Assembly (NCBI GenBank): GCA_013265495.1
Contig: MU059330.1
Span: 13,773,980-13,837,979, forward strand
Reading direction: 5' to 3'
Source of the DNA: Vicugna vicugna
Lineage: Eukaryota
DNA length: 64,000 bases
In this document: positions 1 through 13,267 of the stretch, piece by piece
Layout: each line of letters starts with the position of its first letter
How positions within the stretch are numbered: the first letter of the stretch is position 1
The notes under the pieces: generated by a model
Seen by the model: the letters and a program-made list of their open reading frames with translations, nothing else
What the model was told of the DNA's origin: nothing
Databases searched by the model: none
Position numbers and translations under genes: made by a program

Positions 1-59
1 ACACAGTCCAACCCACGGGCCTTCATCCGGCGCTGAGCACCGTCGTAGCACTTGGGACT

Positions 60-850
60 CAGAAGCGGTGGACGGCATCGCCTGCCCACTCACAGGGACC
101 TCGGCGCTCTTGAGGCGGGGGCGGGGGCGCCAGCAGACACGCCGCGGGGCGGGCGGCACAGCGACGAGGCGCTCCGGGCTCCTCCGCGCCGGCCCGGCCC
201 CCGCGCGCGCCTGCGGGCCTCCACTCGCTCACTCGGCAGCTCCGCAGGGAGGGCCCTCAGCCCCAAGAACAAGGTGCAGACCTGCGGGACCAGGAGACTG
301 GCGAGGGGGCAGTGGCGGCACAGGCCGAGCCCCGCTCCCCGGGGCGACTGGGGGCTGGGCGGTGCAGGGGAAGAAGGGCTTCCGGGAGCCAAAGCCGGAC
401 CACTGGGGAGGCCGGGGGCCCAAGGGCACGAGCAGCCAGACGTCAGGCACCTCGAGAAACCCCCCCGAGAGCCAAGCAGGGAAGACGTGAGACTTCACCG
501 CAGGCGTGTGGCGCCTGGGCTCGGGGCCCGCCAGCCGGGGGCGAGGGCAGCACCTGCACCCTGCGCGCGAGAGGACGCCGCCGAGGTCGGGGACTCGGGA
601 CACGCACCCAGGGAGCCGCGCTCAGCCGCGTCCTCCAAGCTGCCCTTCGCTGAGTCCTAATTCAAAATGCCTCCTCGCCGCACAGTCACCTGTGGGGAGG
701 ACAAGGAGGAGACGGGGAAGCCACCCTCCCAGCACGCAGAGTGAGACCAGATCCCCGCCTCCTGACACCAACGCGGCCGCGGCCGGACTCGCCCAGGACG
801 TGGGGGCGGGGCCTCCGTCGGAAGCCGGGCGGGCTCTGCGAGCACGATTG
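60..850. promoter_or_regulatory. CpG island with GC boxes and an ETS-like CGGAAG; no associated gene identified
   Basis: GGGGCGGGG motifs near 116-126, 146-155 and 803-811; gtcggaagcc near 817-826. Confidence 0.65.
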
Positions 851-2504
851 AGATTTAGTTTCCTTTCGTTTCGGCAGCTGCATTTCAACCCAGCGGTTTG
901 TCTTAGCAGCACTTTGGTTCCTTCTAGACCCCGACTGAGCTAATCTCTTTTTCAAAAGACAGGAGGCATCTGTTCATTGGCCGACAGACACATATCCCCG
1001 TTTCCTCTCCCTTGGGTCCCTGCAAGCGTTCCCATGGCCGCACGCTCCCGAAGCCCCCTGCTGTCAGAGCACCGGACCCTCAGACACGTGTGGCCAGAGC
1101 CCCGTCCGCCCGGAGTAAACGCCGGCCTTCAGGAGGTGAGCCGAGGTCCCAAACCCTAAAAAGGGAGGCCAGCCGGCAAGCACGCTGCTTCTGTGAAGAC
1201 TCTCCCTGCGGCCTTCGCCCCGCGTCCCAGTCGGCCTGCCCCGCGCGCCCCTCAGTCTCCGCCAGGGAGGGGCTTCAAGTCCCACGTTCCTCGCAGGCGC
1301 TCGGTGTGCACGAGGCAGGCTCGCCGCTCTGGCCGGCAGACGTACAGCCCCACAAAACATGACGTCCTCCCAAACCGCAAGGCAGCGCCGGCGGGGACGG
1401 GGCTCTGCTCCGCACGGACGCCAGGGCCCCAGCGCTTGTCCCTGGCTGCACACAACGTGTGGCCTCAAGTTCGCCCTGGGACAGAGGTGAAGGACGGTTC
1501 TCTGATGGGCAGAGACCAAACGTAGCAGCTGTCTCTCCACACACAACCCCGGGCTCCGCGAGCTGTGGCTCAGCCCTGAGCCCGGCAGACGGGCACTCGG
1601 GTGAGTGTCAGAGTCCCCTGTCATGATGTCCTGTTCTGGAACTCGAGGGGCAGGTGTCGGGGGTGCTTTGTGGTGACCCAGTGCAAAGCTGAGCTGGTCC
1701 CATTGCCAACACGCAGGGCAGGCCCTCGGGAGCCGCCCGCCCGGTCACGCAGCACCCTCGCTCCCTCTGAGGGGAGGCTGAGGGAGACACCGGCTCTGCA
1801 GGGGGACCCGCCCCAGAGTGCCTCCCCGCGGGGTCCTCTCCGGGGCTCTCCAGTCCAAGCTCACGGCGCCCCTCCTCTCCCGACTCCCCCAGCCTCGGCT
1901 GCACGCGCTACCATGCCTTCCCAGGAGACTCCGCAGCAATCAGGCCCACGAGGCAAATCGCCGAGGGCGGCTCCCATTGCACGGACCTGCCACTGTGGGG
2001 GCGGCGCCCTTTGGGATGGGGCTTCCGGAGAAGCTGGGAAGCACCCACGGTCCCCGCGCTGGGGTGCTGCAGGTGGAAGGCGCTGGCTGGACGCCGCTCC
2101 TCTCCCCAGATCGCCGCCGACTGTAAGCGGTCGGAGAGCAGGGCCTCCTCTTCCAGGCGCTCTGCCGGCCCAGGGCGCGCGGCTGCAGGAACGTCCCGGA
2201 GCCGGTTAATATTTAATGGGCGAGGACGATCCATCCTCCCGGGGCGGTCCTGGAGGAGCCCATTAAGTCGCCTCCTTCCTCTGCTGCTGCTCGGATGTGT
2301 CAAGTCTCATCCGTCTCCTCCAGCCCTCCTGCGCGTGCTCCCCGGGCCGTGAAATCGCTCGAGAGTCAAGTCTGCCGCTGCTCCCTCTCACACGGCTCGC
2401 CCCGTGATGACGTCCAGCCATGCACCAGCCAGACTCAGGGTCAGATTCGCAGCACGGTGCAGGGCATCGGACGTGGAAATCCGCCTCCCTCACCAGTGTA
2501 TCAT

Positions 2505-2660
2505 TTTTTAATTCAAATTTTTAATTTTAAAAAATGTTTGTGGGGTAGGTAATTAGGTTTAATTTTAGGTTTATTGATATTTAAGTGGAGGGCCTGGGGA
2601 TTGAACCCAGGACCTCGTGCACACTAAGCAGGCGCTCTTCCACTGGGCTACACCTTCCCC
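2505..2660 (-). mobile_element. tRNA-derived camelid SINE (vic-1-like) with target-site duplication
   Basis: The reverse complement reads GGGGAAGGTGTAGCCCAGTGG (A box), GGGTTCAATCCCC (B box), ACCTAATTACCT and an A-rich tail. The direct repeat cagtgtatcat lies at 2494-2504 and 2665-2675. Confidence 0.9.
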
Positions 2661-5183
2661 ACTTCAGTGTATCATCTTCATGGCTATTTTATTAAAACAG
2701 AAAAACATGTTTCTAAGAAGAAAGGCTTCCATAAAACAAGCTATAAAGGAGCTAATGTTATTTTTTGAACTTTAGAGGATTCTCACAAAGTATTTTAGAT
2801 TAACGTTTTCTGGAAAATCCTCATGGACTTAAAAGTTCACAAAGAGGGGGTTTTGGCAGACTGTGCCAGGAGGAGAGCCAAGCCTGAGACTTGAAGAAGC
2901 AGAGCTGGGGCTGGGCGAGGAGCCCCCGGGGCCGCGGGGACCGCGTGCCCGGCCAACGCAGAGGGAACGCACTAGAACCCCGGTCTTCTCTCAGGGAGAC
3001 CTTCCTGTTCTGACATCCTCGGGCACCTCCCTGGGTGCCTCGTGGTGTCTGGCTGGACGGAACAGGGTTCTCTCTCCCTCCCATTCCGGAACTCCCTGGG
3101 GACGTCGTGAAGTTAATTACAGCCCAGGTATGGAGGATCGCATGCTCAGAGCTGCACACTGGAGTGGAGAGGCTTTCTTTGGCTCATGTGGACAGGTGTT
3201 CAAGTCACAACGGAACCGTGCCTTCCTCCTCCGCCTCTTCCTCCCTCCCCTCCTGGCTGTAAACTCGCCCAGCTCCTGCCAAGCCATTCTTGAGATACAC
3301 CCGTGCTCTCGGCGCAGCCCAGGCACAGTGCGGTTAATGAATTGGACCGCGGGGAGGCCTGGGTGAGTCAGCCGGCACCTGGGCACGGAGGACGCTGCCT
3401 CCAATGACTGCTCCCAGGTGCTCGCAGGTGCCAGAAAGAAACCGAGAGAAAAGGGTCCACATTCAGAAGAAAGGACGGGGCAGACGGAGACACGGAGAGG
3501 CCCTCACTCACAACCCACAGTTGGCAGAGCCCAACCCTGGGGACCCTGCGGTGAGATCAGACAATGCCTGTCTGCACGGCGGCCGCTTTCCTGAGCCAAA
3601 GAGGCAAGACCAGGACGGTCCAGGAAGATATTGATTATGTCTACATGCATGAGTCAGCTCCTGCTTCTTTCAAACAGTGAGCACCTGGCCTGGTTTAAAA
3701 CCAGCAGCCTGTCTGGTCGAATTGAGTCACTGGTTATCTCACTCAGGATCCAGCTTGTGTGAACACAGAAGTGGGGAGAGGTTAGATCAATTCAACACGG
3801 AGCCACCAACCCACCTGAGGACGCGTGGCTTGGGGGGTAGGGGGGAGAAATTCAAGACAGCCACTCAGCATTACATGCAGAGTGTGACTCCAGGCTTCGC
3901 ATTTTGTCATTTCAGTGGGGCAAAAGGTGGGGCTTCTGACATTGTTTTGAGGGAAGTGAACCTCAGTGCCCCTACCTAAAGCTTCTAGCCTATGCTGAGA
4001 ATAATCGCAGTGGAGACCAGAACAGTGGAAGGTAGGAAGGAAGGGAGGGACGGAGGAAGGGAGGGAGGGGTTAAAGGTATGACACAAAAACACTTGCTTT
4101 CTCCGATGTTTGGTCCTCTCGGACCACGATGACCTTTTCCTCGCTCCTCGGCCAGAAAGCCTAGAGGGACGTGTCTCTGACCTCTCGCGGGCGCTTACGG
4201 TCCCCAGAGCCCAGCCACCAGCTCGCCTTCGCAGGTCACCACCCAGGCACCATCACACGCTTCCCGGGCCCCTCGACCTCGGTGTCGTGCTGGACCAGGG
4301 GAAAGCACGCGCTGTCCCCACGTGCGGTGCTCTGAGGCCGGGGCCAGCTTCCTTCAACTTCAGTCACGTTGCCACATACAGTATTTGGGGTGAACGTAAG
4401 GATCTTATGAGCAACAAAAATAAAGAACACTCCCAGAATGTTGTTCCCCTGGGCTTTGAACTTGCAGATAGCACTGTCTTACGCCTCCGTGGTTTCAGAT
4501 ACCCACCGATCTCCAAGTCCCATGCTTTGCCTAAACACCCCATCAAACGGGCAGTCACCAGATTGCATTGCTTTTGCTTTTGTATAGAAAAAAATCGCAA
4601 TTGTCTTTATTCAAGGAACCAAGGTCATCTAGCTCATGGAACAGAAATTTAAGGGATAAAATAAAGTTTTCCTTTGATTCACCCAAAGGACTTTACCGAG
4701 TTTGGCAACCAGCTGTTTTCCGTCTGTTTTTGGAAAGATCAGGAGGAAACAGCTTAACTGCAAACGTGAAGATGGGCCTCCTGCCAGCGGAGGTTGCCGA
4801 GCGCTGCGACGACCTACCCACGGGAACCACGGGATTTCCTCCCGCGAAGGTCTCCCGCCACCCCGGACGGAGCCGCCGCTTCCCAGGCTGCGCCGTCCAG
4901 ATGCGGCCCCTGTGGGCTTACACATCACCCGGGCCAGCTGTCAGCATCACCGCTCCTGGAAGGCATCCAGCACCGTGAAAACAAGACTCGACGAGATGAA
5001 CCAGGAGACACGGTTCCAGAACCTTCACTCCCAGCTGAGGAGCCGCAAGCCCGGCGGGGCCAAGCCCATGTGGGTCTGGTTTGTGCTGGTTTTCAAATCC
5101 CCGCTCGCTCCGCCTCGTTGGCCCGCAGAACCGCGCCTGGCAGGCGCTCACTGCTGACTGGCGGTCCTCGGTGCGCTCCAGGT

Positions 5184-5500
5184 CAGCCCTGTCCAAGAGC
5201 AACAGGGGGGAGCCGCAAGCGTGTTATTAAATTTTCCACAGCCACGTTAAAGAAGTAAAAAGAAGCAGGTGAAAGCGATTTTAATAATGTATTTTATGTA
5301 ACCCAGCATATCCAAGATGTTGTTATTTCAGCCTGTGATCGATGCTAGACTTATCAATGAGACACTGTTCCTTCTCTTCTGCACCATGCCTCTGGTACCG
5401 GGTGCACAGATCGCATGCAGGCGCACCCCCACTCCGGGCGGCCATGTGGCAGGTGCTGAGCTGCCACCAGGCGCCAGTGGCCGCCATATGGGACAGCCTA
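5184..5500 (+). mobile_element. MER33-like hAT-Charlie MITE, complete
   Basis: cagccctgtccaa terminus; aaattttccacagccacgttaaagaagtaaaaagaagcaggtgaaa...atttaataatgtattttatgtaacccagcatatccaa core; tgggacagc terminus. Confidence 0.85.
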
Positions 5501-7806
5501 ACTCTAGCCAAGGTTGGGATGCCCCGGTATGGTCTTATTCCAAGTACAGAATTCATATTGACCATGGCCTGGGTGCTTTGTTTTTCTCTGACTTCACTGA
5601 ATTTTTAAAAGAGAAATGAGGACATGACATAGTGGCAGCCAAGCGTGGGCACTGGGTCCCCCGTCAAAACAAACAAGTCAGATATTAGATGCATTGATTT
5701 CCTTGGTCCACTCAGCCCTGAATTTCCATAGGTTGTCCCTGGGCTCTAGTGCACATGGGAGACAGGACTCATGAGGTAGAAGGTGGGAGATGATGACAGA
5801 ACAGCGTTTGCTCTAAAGCCTCTTTGGTTCCTAAGAGCAGATCCTGGGGCCAGGACGCTAGTGCAGGGGATGTCCTGGGGGGATGCTTCGGGGCCGGGGC
5901 TGGGTCTGGGGGAAGCAGGGAGGGGCAGGAGCAAAAACTAAGCCAGGGGGTGGTCCCAGCTGCAGAGAAGGCCCACCCTGCTCCTGTGGGAGGCTCTCCA
6001 GCCCAGGTCTCCACCCGAAGCCTGCATCGGACTGTCCTACTGGCCAGGCTAGACCCGATTGCTGGGCTCCACCCTAGGGCTCTGAGTGGGGCCCAAGGAT
6101 TTGCACTTCCAACAACTCCCCAGGGGGTGCTGACGCTGCAGGCTGTGCTCCCCTTGAAAATGGCTCTAGTCGAGAGCATCGACAGCTCCGCAGAACAGCC
6201 CCCAGTCCCCGGGCCAGGGGCCAGGTCCTGCGTCTGTGCAGCCAGTCACTGGTGTGGGCTGTGTGACCCCTGATGGAGGAGGTTCCCGTCGCCCAGCAGA
6301 ACCTGTAATTACGGTTGGAAGCAGACAGCTGCCCAGCGGGGCACTCCCTGCCCTGGGGACAGGGCACGTCTCTGGGAGAAAGAGTCTGGGTGGGACACCA
6401 ACTTTTTCTCCACCTCCCAGCCAGCTCCACTGACGGAGTGGCCAATGGGCGGATCTGATCCTTGGAGGAGGATGCGATTGACGGAAAAATGACACGTGCG
6501 GCAGATCCCACCTCCTCTTCTTCCCTGAGGTTTCCTCAGCTGGCTGAGCCGCTGGCACCCACGCTGCAAAGGTGTCACTGAAGCGAATGCCCCACTGGCC
6601 AGTGGCTCCACGCCTTCGTCTGTTAACACTGGGAGATGAAAGGGCATGAGGTGCACCCCCCACATAAACAAGCCTGGGGCCCCAGGGTGCGCACGGCTCC
6701 CCAAAGCCCCCGTCCCCACAGTCTCAGCAGAGGGTCCCTCCAGGGTTGCCAGGAAGCTGAGGGGACATCCAGGGCTCTGGTCCCCAAATCGGGTCAGGGA
6801 AGCCAGGGGTTCTCAGGGGCCAGTGTGGCTGAGAGATGCGCTCTGGTGCCCACGGATGTCCTGGGAACAGCCGAGGTCCCTTCATGGGTCAGTCCGTGAG
6901 GTCCACACGTGGGGTCTTCTGCAAGAGTCAGAAGTGACCTCACCAGATGCCAGGACTGGGAAGTTTTCAGGTGAGTCCAGGCTGACTGGGAGGAAACCTC
7001 TTCAGACTGGAACCCGCCTGACACTCTGCCAAGAGCCGCCTGGTCCACCCCTGCTCCAGGCTGGGCGTACGGCCTCATGTCCAGCCAGGATGGCTTTAAG
7101 AGACAGTTAATACCACACTTGCAAGTCTTGTCACCGAAGATAAAAGTGATAACAGCCAGTGATCTTGTAAATAAAGACACAGACAACACCTCTTTTCAAA
7201 CTTGCGGGGCGTCTCTTCGCTAGAACCATCAGCACACTTTCCCTGGAACTCTTTCTCAGGTGACACTGAAGCCTATTAAAGAGGCTGGAACAACAGTCAA
7301 ATGTGACCAAACAGAAAATATTCTTTACAACAGTGACTTCAAGTGAATAGGAAGTAAATGTCTAACTTAACCTTGAAAACAGATGCTGTGGGTGAGCAGG
7401 GTCTTGGACAAGGGGTGACGTGGTACCAGGTGGCACGGTAGCAGGAGACACGGTGCCAGGTGATGGGGTACCAGGCAGTTCTGCCTCGCTTGCTGGGACC
7501 TCTCTGAGCACACTGTCACCTGAACTGGGAGCAGAACGAACCTGGTTCTCAACCCCCCACAGAGCTTTTGTTCATGTGAGTTACATCTAGCCATATTTTT
7601 TATTAAAATTAAATCTTTATTGACTAACTCATTTAAAAGCAACCAATAAGCCCAAACATCACGACCTGTGGTCCTTAGCGCATCTTCTTTAGTGCTTCTT
7701 TGTCCAACCATTTTAAAATGTAAAACCCATTCTCAGCTCCGGGGCTGTGCCAAGCAGGCTGGCAGGCTGGTCGGCCCCAGGCCGCAGCTCTGCACCCTCG
7801 CTCGAG

Positions 7807-8121
7807 AGCTCTGTGTCGGATGGTGTTACCACCAGCCCCACGCGGCCTTAGAGCACTCGAATGTGCCCGGTCTGGCCTGAGACGGGCTGGGAGTGTGGAA
7901 TACACACTGTTCAAAGAATCAGTACAAAAAGGGATGTCAAATACCTTACAACATTTTTATATTAGGTAATGTTAAATTAATAATATTTTGAATGTACTGG
8001 GTTAAATAAAAGATATATTAAAATCAATTTCTTCTGTTTCTTTTTACTTTTTTTTAGTGTGACTGTTAAACAATTTTAAATTACCCATATGACTTGAATT
8101 ACTTTTCTGTGAGACAGAACA
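7807..8121 (-). mobile_element. MER33-like MITE, complete, inverted relative to 5184-5500
   Basis: gagcactcgaatgtg...gtgtggaatacacac...gtactgggttaaataaaagatatattaaaatcaatttcttctgtttctttttactttttttagtgtgact matches the reverse complement of MER33. Confidence 0.85.
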
Positions 8122-8899
8122 CATCTATAGCGCCTTCATATTGGACCAGATGTCCTGTGTTTTCCTAGGACAAATCTGCACACTTAAGAATTCAGCTTGA
8201 AGGAAAACAAGTCTGAAACACACCACTTGGAAAATTCTTGCAGATATAACCTCTATCCACAAGCCCATTCCCCAATTACACAAATTTATTTGTTAAGAAC
8301 CAAAATATCTCCCAAGGTTCCCAGGCAAAATTCCTAAAAAGTTAAATGTGCTTATTTTTAAAAAGAAAAGAAAGGAACCAGACTTCCCAACAGGGAGGCA
8401 GTTGTTGGGAGCGCGTTTCCACGGCTGGCTGAGCTCCCGGCCTGGGTCTACATAGACTGGGGACGATGCAAAGCCGCTGATGGTCAGCAGAGAAATGATT
8501 CCAATTCCACTGCATGTTCGAGCAAACTGCCAAAATGTAGCACTGGTTTTCCTGTGTTGCCAATTAATAACCTGGCAGAATGATGAGTTAACCTCCCAGG
8601 ACACCATCAACCAGGGCTGTGCGTCTTTGTGGGGAAGGACCGGCCTGCGAAGCCGGCACCTCCCACTTCTCTTCCCAGCCAGCGTCCACCCCGAGTCCCT
8701 GCCAATGAAGCTGAGGACGCGTGGGGCATGTGGACAAGTGAGTGGGCACTCAGACCAAGGTCCCCTTAGATGGTGATCCATGCTGCCCAGGGCGTGCCTC
8801 GGGGTAAGATAACGCAGGGACGGGGTGCTTCTCAGGGAGGGGGTGAAGGTCTGGTGGAGACGGAGCACCAGAGCTGACCTCAGTGATGCGACAGGACGT

Positions 8900-10350
8900 G
8901 GGGACGGCGGGCCGAGCGACAGCGAGTGAGAAGGCTGGCGGGGGGCGGAAGGGGGGAGCAGAGCTGAGGGCCGCCCTCGGCCCGCGGCCTCCCTCCCCAC
9001 TCGCCTCCCTCCCCGGCGCACTGTCAGGTGGGACAGGCCAGCGCCTTCACGCCGAGACCCTCCCGGCGAGAAGCGGCTGCAGCCGAGCACCGAAGGAGCG
9101 AGGGTGGACAAGATGCCCCGCGCACGCCCACGGGAGGAGTCCCCTCTCCTCCCCCGTCCGGGGGGAGGAGCGGGGGGCACAGCGGAGGCCCCAGGCCACC
9201 CTGTGAAAGGGCTCGCACCCAGCGGAGGCCCGGAGGGCTAGCTGACAAACCTTTGAGGTGGCGGCATGTGTCCCATCCTAACAAGAGTTTATTTTAAAGC
9301 ATCGGAGAGAAGCAAGAGCAGAGCTTCCGCAGCAGAGCGAGGGGGCTGCCCTGGCCGGAGGAAACCGCGCTTCACTGGCCAGGGCCCGACGTGGAAGCCC
9401 GGGGTCGCCAGTAAGCTCTCGGGCTTGAGTGCCGGGGCTCCTATCTGGGTAAAGGCGAGAGGAGCTACATTTTCCGCAGGCAACGTTGGCGGCCGCGCTA
9501 AGAACGGACGCGTGGGCCCGGACGCTGTCGGAGGAGGCCTTGCCGTCTGCAGTGGTGGGACAGCGCCTCTGAGCGGGAGGGGGCGGGGCTGAGGGGAGAG
9601 GCGGGACTGAGGGGAGGGNNNNNNNNNNNNNNNNNNNNNNNNNNNNNNNNNNNNNNNNNNNNNNNNNNNNNNNNNNNNNNNNNNNNNNNNNNNNNNNNNN
9701 NNNNNNNNNNNNNNNNNNNNNNNNNNNNNNNNNNNNNNNNNNNNNNNNNNNNNNNNNNNNNNNNNNNNNNNNNNNNNNNNNNNNNNNNNNNNNNNNNNNN
9801 NNNNNNNNNNNNNNNNNNNNNNNNNNNNNNNNNNNNNNNNNNNNNNNNNNNNNNNNNNNNNNNNNNNNNNNNNNNNNNNNNNNNNNNNNNNNNNNNNNNN
9901 NNNNNNNNNNNNNNNNNNNNNNNNNNNNNNNNNNNNNNNNNNNNNNNNNNNNNNNNNNNNNNNNNNNNNNNNNNNNNNNNNNNNNNNNNNNNNNNNNNNN
10001 NNNNNNNNNGCGGAGGCGAGGGGCGGGGCGGAGGCGAGGGGCGGGGCGGAGAGGGAAGGGCGCCGGGTGGGCCCAGCCCATGGTGGGGCTGAGAGGCTGT
10101 TCTGACAGCCAGGCGTGGGTGCCCGGGCCCGAGGAGGACCCGCAACAGTACCTGGTCCTTGACCTGAGCAGGTGGGCGAGGCCCAGTTCTCGGGGCTCCT
10201 GGAAGGGCTGTCTCCCGCCTGCACCCCCAGGACTTAAGCACCTTCAGCAAAGCTCCGAGCGGAAGTGGCTGGGGCCACCTTCGGGAAGCAGCCTCTGCGT
10301 CCGCACGCGCGGGAACTCTACTGTTCACGTGTCGGGAAGACCGGCTAAGC
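8900..10350. promoter_or_regulatory. CpG island spanning a gapped G-rich tandem repeat
   Basis: CpG-dense sequence on both sides of N run 9619-10009. Confidence 0.65.
9577..10050. repeat. G-rich tandem repeat of about 18 bp (gcggaggcgaggggcggg) flanking and probably filling N run 9619-10009
   Basis: Two exact 18-mers at 10010-10027 and 10028-10045; related units on the left flank. Confidence 0.75.
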
Positions 10351-12318
10351 CGGACCTCTGCAGGGTCACCCTCCCTAATGTCTGCTGCAGGTGTCTTTGT
10401 TACTTCACAATCAAACTTCTTCTTAAGATGGACACTGCAAGGAACTTGCCAGAGGTCACCGCCTCCTGCCAGAAAGCTGGTCAGTCCCAGCGGGTAGCGG
10501 ACTCCACAGGTGGGAGAGGCTGGTTGGCAGGACCTTCTCAGGCACCTTCAAAAGTCACCCCACGGGGCTGGAACTTGCTCCCATCTGAGCTCTCGGAGCC
10601 GCTCGTAAGCTGTTTAACCTTCCTGTGCTCATGTTTAACTAAGGAAAATCATGCTGCAAATTTAACCAGTAGGAAGGCAGTGGGACACTGGTGTTCTCCG
10701 TGGACCCAGGTGACACACTCTGCCCACAAACTGCTGGTGAGCAGGTGGTGGGATCCTCGTGGCCTTGACACGGTGGCCCCTGAAACCCCGCGTGTGTGAA
10801 CTGGGGGAGGGGCTTTGCTTCTTCCTCACAAGTCAGGACAAGTGCCCGAACCCCCACTTCACAGGAAGTGTTTCATCCTGGGCCTCTCTGCGCGCGGGGT
10901 CTGCAGCTGGTCACAGACTCGGGAAGGCCGCCACGCTCAGTGGCTGGTGGGCTGTGGGCTCTCCCTGTGCACCCCGCGTGCTCCATCACAGCCCCCCGGG
11001 TGGACTCCTCGGTGTGCCACCTGGGGAGCGAGCCCGGACAGCACACGTGTCCACTGGCTCAGGATGGTGTCAGCCCCGCGTTCGCTTCCTTCCACAGAGG
11101 GATGAGTTGTGTCCAAGGAAAAGCAGCTGTTCCTGGGCTTCCGTGGAACCCCGTGGACGTACAGGACCGCCACTCATGGCAAACATCCACACACAAGGCT
11201 CCGTTTCTCTCAACACGTGCCTCAGGTCTCCACGGCTGCATGGCCCTAAAATCAATCAGGCGTCACCCGCGAGGCTACTCTGCTCCTTTTGGTCCACATC
11301 CCTCAACTACGGCCGGCCCCGGGCTGGGACACCATCAGGGATGGAGCAGACACTCAGCCCACGGCCCGACTGCAACTCCAGACATTTCCAAGGGACCTTA
11401 GTCCTCATGGGTGGAAGGGGAGGAAGAGGAACAGGACTATGAGGATGAGAGGGGCCGCGATGGAAGCAGAGACTAGGACCCCTTCGTGTTACCCTGGAAG
11501 CTCCAGGCTGCTCCCTCCCACAAGGCACAGCCAGGCTACGGTCTGAACCCGGCTGCCAGTCGCTCCTGACGGAGAGTTGGCCAGCAGCATCTGCCCGGCC
11601 CGGCGAAGGCTCCCCGCGCACACGCAGCTCAGCATGCCCCCGGCGCCCCCGTCACCCCGGGGTGCCAGGAAATTATGACAGCAAAATTAATTTCCTCCCC
11701 TTCAGCTTCAAGTAATAAAGCGGTGCTGTGTCGCTAATGGCAGGAAGGTGGCTCATTCTAACATCAAAGTGGGGAGAACCAGCCTGAGCTGGGGTCTGGA
11801 ATCTCGTCTAGTCACTGCACAGACTGCAAATGGGGGACGCCGTACCAGGGGACCAAGACGGGCTAGGCCAGCACCCATGGGAGCACTAGCTGGGCTGGTG
11901 AGGGACATTTCAGAATCCTCGGTGGGAAGGCCATTCAGGAGCTTGGACTCCATGAACATGCAGAGCTTGGTGTGAGCAAGCGTGGAAGCCAAGCCATGCC
12001 GTGTTTCTGACCCATGTAGCGGGCTGACAATGGCCATGTTCACTGTCACAACCACTACAGGAGTCTGATGCCGGGGAGGGGCAGGGCCAGAATGGTGTGG
12101 GGGAGGGTTGTCCAGGGCACGTCGGGGGCTTTGCACGGCCATCGGCCGGGTGCTGGGGCAGGTCTGTGTCCCCTCGGGCAGCGGGAGGGACAGCTGCAGG
12201 GGCAGGAAGCATGCAGGCGGCTGAGGAGCGACTTCCGTGAAGGGCCTGGCCGGAAGCCTAGACAGCGGCACCGCGAATGGTTTGTGAAGCGCAGTTATAG
12301 TGAATCAGAACTGGCACA

Positions 12319-12375
12319 GGACTAACCCGGGCCGCAGGACTAGCCGGGGCCGCAGGACTAGCCGGGCCGCAGGAC
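12319..12375. repeat. Tandem repeat, 17-18 bp x about 3.3 (ggactagccgggccgca)
   Basis: Units start at 12319, 12337 and 12355. Confidence 0.85.
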
Positions 12376-13267
12376 GCGGGAGAGTGGGAGTAGACCCAAA
12401 GCGCCGTCCTCCCTCCGAGCGTCCTCCCAGGAGGCTTCCAGATGTGGTGAGGGCTGTCGCCCAGCCATCACGATTGTCATGAGATCTGGCAGCCTGGGCT
12501 GTGGTGAGCTCCGGGGTGGCCCAGAGAGCAGAGGGCACGCGCGAGGGGCCATTTTGACACAGAAGGCAGGGAATTCGGGCTGGGGCCTTCAGTGCCCGGG
12601 AGACGTGCAGATGGAGACGTCAGAAGACAGGTGGGTGCCCGGGCCTGGGGCTTGAGGATTGATTTTTCACCAAAGCAGAGAAGCAGGGTGTGTCTCTCTG
12701 CAACAGGAAGAACTCAAGGAGCCGCTGTGGTGAGAACTTCAAGTCAGTTTCTCCCCAAATGTTTCTCAAAGACGCACTTCACAAAACCAGTGAAACCATT
12801 CAGGGACTCACGGCCATGTCCAGGCACAGGGCCACCACGCCAACAGCTCCGCTCAAATGTCTCCCAGTGGGCGCTGTGGTGGGTACTGAGCGGCACAGGA
12901 CGCTGAAACTGCCCCGCGGGGTCCGGGTGCGGAGGAAGGTCTGCCCAGTCCCTGTCAGAAGGCGTGTCTTTTGTGCACAGTTAGGACCCTGGGAAATGGA
13001 CAGCTGACTTCACTGGGTGGGGCGGCCTTGGGCGCTGGCGGACCAGGCAGACTGCGCTTTGCCCGCACCCCACCCTGCGAGGCGGGTTGTGTCAACGCCA
13101 CCCCACACGTGGGCACAGCTCGCAGGTGACCGACTGATATTCTAGTCCATGTCTCTGCACCACACCAAGCCAGCCTGTAGAACCGCAGGACGCCCCTTGG
13201 CCGTCCCTTAGTGGGGGCGGCCAGCAGCGTCCCCACCGTGCATGGCTTCAGGGCCTCAAGGAGACCA

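Noticed and set aside
9278-10328. ORFs of 267-311 aa spanning the 9.6-10.0 kb gap (and similar ORFs at 52 kb and 54.7 kb)
   Set aside because: Their length is an artefact of translating through N runs
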